Shown piece after piece: positions 49,625 through 64,000 of a DNA stretch of 64,000 bases. The position numbers and the translations under genes were made by a program. Source of the DNA: Malacoraja senta (lineage: Eukaryota); the NCBI GenBank assembly GCA_038087875.1, contig CM075996.1:5582001-5646000 (forward strand), given 5' to 3'. Each line of letters opens with the position of its first letter. Position 1 is the first letter of the stretch. The notes under the pieces are model-generated. The model was not told where the DNA came from, ran no database searches, and worked only from the letters and a program-made list of their open reading frames with translations.

Positions 49625-52600
49625 GCCCTTCGAGCCTGCACCGCCATTCAATATGATCATGGCTGATCATCCAACTCAGTATCACGTACCTGCCTTCTCT
49701 CCATACCCCCTGATCCCTTTAGCCACAAGGGCCACATCTAACTCCCTCTTAAATATAGCCAATGAACTGGCCTCAACTACCCTCTGTGGCAGAGAGTTTC
49801 CAGAGATTCACCACCCTACCTTGGGAACATTTTTCCTGCATCCAGCTTTTCCAGTCCTTTTATAATTTTATATGTTTCTATAAGATCCCCCTCATCCTTG
49901 TAGGGTGTGTAGGATAGTGCTAGTGTACGGGGTGAACGATGGTCGGCGTGGGCTGAAGGGCCTGTTTCCGAGCTCTGCGTTTCTATGACTCTCATGGGTT
50001 TCATTGTGGCATCTTTCCAAACCTCCTCCGACCGACTGCAGCCCATTCAAACAGAACTACGGCAGTCGGCGTCATTAATAAGCTCTTGATTTTTTCCTTG
50101 TTTGTCCTCACTCTGAATGCCTTGGCCGGGAAGTTGTTTTGAACCCAGACTCCCTTCCACGGGAAAAATATTCTGACTATCTCCTCTCTCTGTGGCCTCC
50201 CTCCATAATTCTATAAACCTCTATTAAAGTCACACCTCAGCCTTCTATAATCCAAAGCAAACAAACACCGCCTATCAAATCTCTCCTTATAAGTAAAGTC
50301 CTCCATTTCGAGCAACTTCCTGGTGACAAAATGTGTGGGAAGGAACTGCAGGTGCTGTTTATTCTGGAGATAGGCACAAAGTGCTGAGTAACTCAGCGGG
50401 ACAGGCATCATCTCAGGATGGAAGGAATGGGTGACGTTTTGGGTCGAGATCCTTTGGGTTCTGTTTCAACACCTTACACTGTTTTCACATCTATCCACGT
50501 CCTTATCTATGTATCGCCCACTCCCCTGACATCAGTCTGAAGAAGGGTCTCGACCCGAAACGTCACCCATTCTTTCTCTCCGGAGAATGCTGCCTGTCCG
50601 CTGAGTTACTCCAGCATTTTGCGTCTATCTTCGGTGCAAGGCCAGCATCTGCAGTTCCTTCCCACACACATGGTTGTAGGTTCACAAAAATGCTGGAGAA
50701 ACTCAGCGGGTGCAGCAGCATCTATGGAGCGAAGGAAATAGGTAACGTTTCGGGCGAAACCCTTCTTCAGACTGTAGGTTAATTGGCTTGGTATACGTGT
50801 CAAATTGTGCGTAGGATGGTGTTAGCGTGCGGGGATCGCTGGTCGGTGCGGACTCGGGAGAGGGGGCCGAAGGGCCTGTTACCCCGCTGTGTCTCTAAAT
50901 CAGACTACAAATCCACCAGTGACTCTGCCTGCCGGCCAGTGAGCAGCGACTGTGCACTTGCCCCCTCCCGTCAACACATTGCCAAAGAAGACTGGTCTGC
51001 TGCGTGTGTGTGTGTGTGTGATCCACCAGCGACTATTCACCCACCACTGATAGCGGCAGTCTGGACACAGCTCAAAACTCAATGTCCCCTTCACTACTTT
51101 AGTACCAATCCCCCCCCCCCCCCCCCCCCCCCGCACCCCCTTTAAATAAAACACATTTACACAACCTCTTGTTCTGAATTTCCCGCGGAGAAGTTTTCTT
51201 TTTAAACCAACTTGTTGTTCGGGCTTTGTTTTGCCATCTGCGTGACGTGCAAATGACGGCCAAGTGGGACAGGCCCTTAAAGAAGGCGCAGGAGGTCGGG
51301 AGGCAGCTGTCAGGGTGAGGGGGTGACCTCACCTCAGCAACAGCTGGTGGGAAGATTTGAGACAAAGAGAGGGTTGCTAAAGAGGGGGGGACTGATTGTA
51401 AAATCATTTCTTCACAATGCCCCTTCCAAACCATTCTGTCGAACGAAATGTGTGTTAGGAGGTGACCTGCAGACGCTGGTTTACGCCGAAGATAGACGTA
51501 AAAAGCTGGAGTAACTCGGCGGGACAGGCAGCACCTCTGGAGAGAAGGAATGGGTGACGTTTCGGGTCGAGACCCTTCATCAGGTTAGAAGACAGACACA
51601 AAATGCTGGAGTAACTCAGCGGGACAGGCAGCATCTCATTTTGTGTCTACCGTGTAAACCAGCATCTGCCGTTCCTTCCTACACCAGACTGTCCCTCTCC
51701 GTCCCAGTTCTCCGACCAATCTGACTGTGTCCCGGAGTACATTTTATCTCTGTATGCTTCGTTTTCACCTTCCCCAGCTAACAATCATGTCTGCATTTTC
51801 CTTGATTCCCATCCGCTTTGATGTCTCGTTCTCACACCTTACCCTTCCTTATCTCTGTGTCTCCCTCTCCCCTGTCTCTCAGAATAGACAATAGGTGCAA
51901 GAGTGGGCCATTCGGCCCTTCGAGCCAGCACCGCCATTCAATGCGATCATGACTGATCATCCCCAATCAGTACCCCGTTCCTGCCTTCTCCCCATATCCC
52001 CTGACTCCGCTATCTTTAAGAGCCCTATCTAGCTCTCTTGAAAGTATCCAGAGAACCAGCCTCTGAGGCAGAGAATATCACAGACTCACAACTCTCTGTG
52101 AGAAAAAGTGTTTCCTCGTCTCCGTTCTAAATGGCCTACCCTTATTCTTAAACTGTGTGGCCCCTGATTCTGGGACTCCCCCGAAGAAGGGTCTCGACCC
52201 GAAACGTCACCCATTCCTTCTCTCCAGAGATGCTGCCTGTCCCGCTGAGTTACTCCAGCATTTTGTGTCTACTGTTAGACTCCTTCGCCCCTGGGCTGAA
52301 CCACTCGAGGCGAAGTGTAACAACTGAACACAATGCACCTTGTATCACAGTCCCCGACACTGTGATTTAGACAATGGTGGTGGGTGTGTGAAAAATGCAT
52401 TCAGTGCCCACTGTGGGAAGCATTCAGCAATGCAACTGGAGTTTCTACGTTAAACTATCCCCGGGGAGAACATAGACACAAGATGCTGGAGTAACTCAGC
52501 GGGACAGGCAGCATCTCTGGAGAAAAGGCATGGGTGACGTTTCGGGTCGAGAACCTTCTCCAGACTGAGAGTCAGGGAGCGGGGAAATATTCTTGGTTAT

Positions 52601-52825
52601 AAGACGGGTCTCGGCCCGAAACGTCACCCATTCCTTCTCTCCAGAGATGCTGCCTGTCCCTCTGAGTTCCTCCAGCATTTTGTGTCTATCTTCGGTTTAA
52701 ACCAGCACCTGCAGTTCCTTCTTACACACTTGCTTCTAAAATGTCAGCCTGTGAGTGTACGAGGATCAGATCCACTCATGTTCTGACACAATTTCCAACG
52801 GCTCACAAGACCACGAACTGTCGGA

Positions 52826-53125
52826 GCGGCGCGGAGACGCAGCGGTAGAGTTGCTGCCCCACAGCGCCAGGGACCCGGGTCCCATCCTGACTACCGGAGT
52901 CTGTCTGTCCGGAGTTTGTACATTCTCCCTGTGACCGCGTGGTTTTCTCCGGGTGCTCCGGTTTCCTCCCGCACTCCAAAGAACGTGCAGGTTTTGTAAA
53001 GTTAATTGGCTTCTGTAAAAATTGCCCCTAATGTGCAGGATAGAACTAGTGTGCGGGTGATCGCTGGTCAGAGTGGACTCGGTGGGCCGAAGGGCCTATT
53101 TCCACGCTGTATCTCCAAACTAAAC
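52826..53125 (+). mobile_element. V-SINE (HE1-like)
   Basis: SINE consensus with V-domain and tail. Confidence 0.82.
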
Positions 53126-53244
53126 TCCAAACAGTCGAGAGTATTTGATTATCATTTGTATTATAATATCATTATTTGTTGAGGTGATTGAAATCTTCTA
53201 GCTTTATGTTTCGCCAGAAATCCTTTCAATTTGTCTCCAGCTAA

Positions 53245-53605
53245 TGAGGGCTGATCTTATAGAGGTGTATAAAATCATGAGAGGAATAGATCGGGTAGAG
53301 TCTCTTGCCCAGAGTAGGGCAATCGTGGACCAGAGGACATAGGTTTTCAAGGTGGAGGGGAAAAGATTTAATAGGAATCTGAGGGGTAACTTTTTCACAC
53401 AAAGGGTGGTGGGTGTATGGAACGAGCTGCCAGAGGAGGTAGTTGAGGCAGGGACTATCGAAACGTTGGACAGGTACATGGATAGGACAGGTTTAGAGGG
53501 ATGTGGGCCAAACGCGGGCAGGGTGGACTTGTGTAGCTGGGACATGTTGGCCGGTGTGGGCAAGTTGGGCCAATGGGCATGTTTCCACGATGTATCACTC
53601 AATGA
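53245..53605 (+). mobile_element. CR1 LINE 3' fragment of the subfamily that shares its tail with the SINE
   Basis: FFTQRVVGVWNELPEEVVEAG; ends in a gggcc..tgtttcc tail. Confidence 0.8.
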
Positions 53606-56560
53606 CTAATGGAATCAGAGAGTTGGCAACAAAGATGAGTCATAGATGTTGATCAGTGGTGAGATGGTGAACCTGCAGTTTAATATTTAGAGACAAATCA
53701 AGTCTGATTTAGTTAGAGTCATGGAGTTTAATTCCAATTTAGATTGGTTTATTATTGTCACATGTACCGAGGTACAGTGAAAAGCTTATGTTTGCGTGCT
53801 ATCCAGTCATAGAAAATGTTATGCATGATTAAACTCAAGCTGTCCACAGTGTACAGGGTAAAGGGCATAACAAGATGAAGTTCAATAGGGTCATACAACA
53901 TGGAAACAGGCCCTTCAGCCCACCCTGCCCATGCCGACCAACCTGTCCCATCTACACTACATCTACAGGCCCTTCAGCCCCACCTGCCCGCACTTGCCCC
54001 ATGTCCCTCTAAACCTGTGTTATCCAACACACCTGTCCATTTACCATGTGTGTCATTTCTGCATGTAAATAGGTTGATGATTTGATGGGTCAGAAGGAAC
54101 TGCAGATGCTGGTTTATGCCAAAGCACAAAGTGCTGGAGTCACTCAGCGGACAGGCAGCATCTCTGGGGAAAACGAATAGGTGACCTTTCAGGTCGAAAC
54201 TCTTCTTCAGACTCCTCCAGATTTGATGGTGTTGTTTGAGTTCTTTAGTTTGGAGATACAGCCGGAAACAGGCCCTTCGGCCCACCAAGTCGGTGCAGAC
54301 TTGGTGGGCCGAAGGGGCCTGTTTCCGTGCTGTATCTCCAAACTAAACAGATACAGCACCGACTGCACACTAGGGACAATTTACACATATACCAAGCCAA
54401 TTAACCTACAAACCTGCACGTCTTTGTGGTGTGGGAAGAAACCGAAGATCTCTGAGAAAACCCACGCAGGTCACGGGGAGAGCGTACAAACTCCGTACAG
54501 GCAGCACCCGTAGTCGGGATCGAACCCGGGTCTCCGGCGCTACAAGCGCTGTAAGGCAGCGACTCTGCCGCTGCTCCACCGTGGCTGCCCTTGCAGTTGA
54601 TGCGTTGGTTGTATCTTTAAGAGCTGTGCACCACGTGGCAAGACCTTGGATACATTATTGTAGCGCTTTGGCTGATAATGACTCCTTCAATAAAAGATGC
54701 TCTGTTGATATTTCTGCATCTCTTTATCAGCGAGACAAAAGCGGCCACACATGCAACAGAGAGTTTGAGAGTGTGGAGGTTATATTTAATCTCTCTTCAT
54801 GCGCTGGAGTGTTATATTCGCTGCTGGGCGGCGCAGTATGGGAGGAATGTGAAGGTCCCAGGGAGGTGGTAAGAGAGACTTTGTGGAATTAATTTCGGGG
54901 TGGGTAGACCAGGGAGGTGATAGTGTTGGCTGTAAAGAGAAGGAGACTGACAAGGGACTTTAAGTAAGTAAGTAAGTACGTTTATTGGCCAAGTATTCAC
55001 ATACAAGGAATTTGCCTTGGTGCTCCGCCCACAAGTAACAACATGACATACAGTGACAGTTACGAGTGACTCAGAAAACACTAACATTAATAATAATAAA
55101 ACATAAATGATAAAACACCATTGATCAAGCATGTGAACCAGCAAAATACCAGATCAAAGGGAGGCTGCAGATTTTGGCTGTTGAGTAGAGCAACTACTCG
55201 TGGATAAAAACTGTTTTTATGTCTGGCTGTGGCAGCTTTGACAATCCGGAGTCGCCTTCCAGAGGGAAGTGATTCAAAGAGTTTGTGGCCAGGGTGAGAG
55301 GGGTCAGAGATGATCTTGCCCGCTCGCTTCCTGGCCCTGGCAGGACCAAGCAAGAACAGAGGTATTCAGAATGATCGAGGATCCTGATAAAATGCATAAA
55401 GCGGAATTGTTCTCACTGGGGGAAGTTAAGGTGAGGATCGACTAAAATGATTTAAGCGCAAGTTGACTTTCTCACAGTCAAAGTCTGCAATTCACTGCCA
55501 TAGAGTCACAGAGTGATACAGTGTGGAAACAGGCCCTTCGGCTCAACTTGCCCACACCGGCCCAACTTGCCCACACCGGCCAACATGACCGGCTTTGACT
55601 CTGACATCGGGGGGGGGGAGTGCAGTGGAGAGATACGTTTTTTTTTTTTTTTTTTTGCCTTCCATCACAGCGTTGTGATGGATGTATGTGTAAATTGTGT
55701 TGTGTCTCGGGTCTTCTTCGTTTTGTATTGTATGGCTGCAGAAACGACAAATAAATTGAATTGAAATTGAAATTGAAAAAATGTCCCAGCTACACTAGTC
55801 CCACCTGCTTGGTCCATATCCCTCCAAACTTGTCCTATCCATGTACCTGTCTAACTGTTTCTTAAATGCTGGGATAGTCCCAGCCTCAACTACCTCCTCT
55901 GGCAGCTCGTTCCATACAGCTTGCCAGAGAGAATTTCTTTTAGGGAGATTTAAGGTGACGGGGAAAAGGTTAACCATGCTAAACATGCCAGGTACATTCT
56001 CATCCAAATCGTTGATGTAGATGACAAACCAATAATGAAACCCAGCACTGAACCCTGAGGCACACCACTAGTCACAGACCTCCAGTGTGAGCAGCCACCT
56101 TCACCCTCACCACGTCAGTCTGAAGAAGGGTCTCAACCCGAAACGTCACCCATTCCTTCCCTCCAGAGATGCTGCCTAGTCCCGCTGAGTTACTCCAGCA
56201 CTTTGTGTCTATCTTCAACCCTAAACAACCTCATCAAGTCATAGAGAGAAAGACAACACGGAAACAGGCCGCTCGGCCCAGCGAGTCCCTGCCGACCATC
56301 GGACTTGCATTTTTACACAAAGGGCTGGAGTTACTCAGTGGGTCGGATGTGGATCAATCACTATTGCTGATTTGATCCATGTCTGGTTTTTCTATTGAGG
56401 AACCAGTTCCGTAATCCATGTCGGGTTTCCACCATGCCATCCTGTGGAATGTAAGCAACCATAGTTTCAGTTTGAGCTACGACTTCGAGCCTACAGTACC
56501 TGTTGCTATGGTCTCTGGATGTATTCTTAATAAAGTACTTATTATGAAGTTCTATGACTC

Positions 56561-56850
56561 ATAGAAACATAGAAAATAGGTGCAGGAGGAGGCCATTCGG
56601 CCCTTCGAGCCAGCACCGCCATTCATTGTGATCATGGCTGATCGTCCCCAATCAATAACCCGTGCCAGCCTTCTCCCCATATCCCTTGATTCCACTAGCC
56701 CCTAGAGCTCTATCTAGCTCTCTCTTAAATCCATCCAGTGATTTGGCCTCCACTGCCCTCTGTGGCAGGGAATTCCACAAATTCACAACTCTCTGGGTGA
56801 AAAAGTTTTTTCTCACCTCAGTCCTAAACGGCCTCCCCTTTATTCTAAGG
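56561..56850 (-). mobile_element. CR1 LINE 3' fragment
   Basis: Near-identical to the 75-360 region. Confidence 0.85.
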
Positions 56851-56914
56851 TATTCTCAGTGTCCACAGTACAAGAGACAAGACAAGAGTGTTTTACACAT
56901 GTGTAAGTTTTACA

Positions 56915-56957
56915 TGGTGTCAGAAGTGGGATTCGAACCCACGCCCACCTCTGGAGA
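56915..56957 (-). pseudogene. 3' half of tRNA-Leu including CCA (tRNA retro-fragment or extended LTR primer-binding site)
   Basis: Reverse complement reads ...GGCGTGGGTTCGAATCCCACTTCTGACACCA (T-arm, acceptor strand, CCA); no 5' half. Confidence 0.75.
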
Positions 56958-57125
56958 AAATGGATGGTGGGGGACAGCATTTTGTGTCCATCCACCCTCA
57001 CCCTCTGCTTGCTTTGCAGCTCGTGTGCTCTGTGTGTGTGTGTGTGTGACGGTGCCCCGCCTGCTTCCTCTCAGCCGCCCGCCGCTGCCTCCGAGCCGAG
57101 GCCGGGACCTTCGCGAAGGGTCAGG

Positions 57126-62976
<5,851 letters not shown>

Positions 62977-63294
62977 GTAAGAAAGATCTTTATATATCTG
63001 GAGACTTGTTCTTAGGCCCCCCCTTCGGCCGTGGCTGACCATGGGTGTCTCCAGGGTGCTATTCCCTATATGGAGGACGCCTGTGCGTGACTTTGTTTAA
63101 CGTGGGGGAGACTGGTGCACAGACAGCCACCACCCACGGTCCTTGACGGATCTGGGTCAGGATCCAGTGGCATGGAGTCCTGGCACAGGAATTGTACGGT
63201 GATCCTGTGAACTGAGTTGGCACTGCCATGTTGGACAATTGCATTGTGCCAGCCATCATCAGTGGCCATTTGGATCTGCATGTGTGTGAAAAAA

Positions 63295-63812
63295 TTTGAG
63301 GAAGGACATTCTTGCTATAGAGGGAGTGCAGCGTAGGTTAATTCCCGGGATGGCGGGACTGTCGTATGCTGAGAGAATGGAGTACAGCTGGGCTTGTACA
63401 CTCTGGAGTTTAGAAGGATGAGAGGGAATCTCATTGAAACGTATAAGATTGTTAAGGGTTTGGACACGCTAGAGGCAGGAAACATGTTCCCGATGTTGGG
63501 GGAGTCCAGAACCAGGGGCCACAGTTTAAGAATAAGGAGTAAGCCATTTAGAACGGAGACAAGGAGACACTTTTTCTCACAGAGAGTAGTGAGTCTGTGG
63601 AATTCTCTGCCTCAGAGGGCAGTCGAGGCCGGTTCTTTGGATGTTTTCAAGAGAGAGCTAGATAGGGCTCTTAAAAATAGGGGGAGTCGGGGGATATGGG
63701 GAGAAGGCAGGAACGGGGTACTGATTGGGGATGATCAGCCATGATCACATTGAATGGCGGTGCTGGCTCGAAGGGCCGAATGGCCTACTCCTGCACCTAT
63801 TGTCTATTGTCC
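63295..63812 (+). mobile_element. CR1 LINE 3' fragment
   Basis: ORF 63394..63744 RRMRGNLIETYK...VVSLWNSLP. Confidence 0.87.
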
Positions 63813-64000
63813 ATTGTGCAGGGGTAGGTTGGCGCTGATGTGGGGCAGACCTAGACTGATGTTGTCGTGCAGTAAGGTTGGCAACAATATTTTGCAGTGA
63901 TCCTTGGTCAACATGGTTAGGTTGGCACTGGGTATTCCTCCTGTAAATGGTGGTGAGATAGCCCTGGCTACTACAGCACGGTGGTGCAGCGGTAGAGTTG

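Noticed and set aside
52273..52321. Hairpin with GGCGAA resembling an HDV-like ribozyme, with a similar sequence at 10-30
   Set aside because: I could not build the nested double pseudoknot; it looks like a simple imperfect inverted repeat.

Overview
Vertebrate genomic DNA, very probably from a cartilaginous fish. The repeat content fits an elasmobranch: HE1/V-SINE-type SINEs, HER1/CR1-type LINE 3' ends and Penelope-like tails. Two spliced plus-strand genes lie in tandem. (1) A myocardin-family (MRTF-A-like) gene with 12 coding exons, 7456-34015. It encodes the end of RPEL1, RPEL2-3, the B1/Q, SAP and leucine-zipper regions and the C-terminal TAD; the 5' exons are not visible. As assembled it has two single-base frameshifts. 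(2) The 5' part of a compact, divergent TEAD gene (57075-62976, continuing off the window) with an apparently conserved non-AUG (ATA) start. The best lead is that this may be the ancestral, full-length RPEL-containing form of the fourth myocardin paralogue (MAMSTR lineage) next to a TEAD2-lineage gene. That is inference, and a scaffold gap lies between the two genes. Introns are dense with CR1 LINE fragments, V-SINEs, Penelope tails carrying minimal hammerhead motifs, Harbinger-, hAT- and P-like MITEs, Rex/Babar and Gypsy relics, and microsatellites. There are two ~200-N gaps. Comparisons with human proteins are from memory and were not run.
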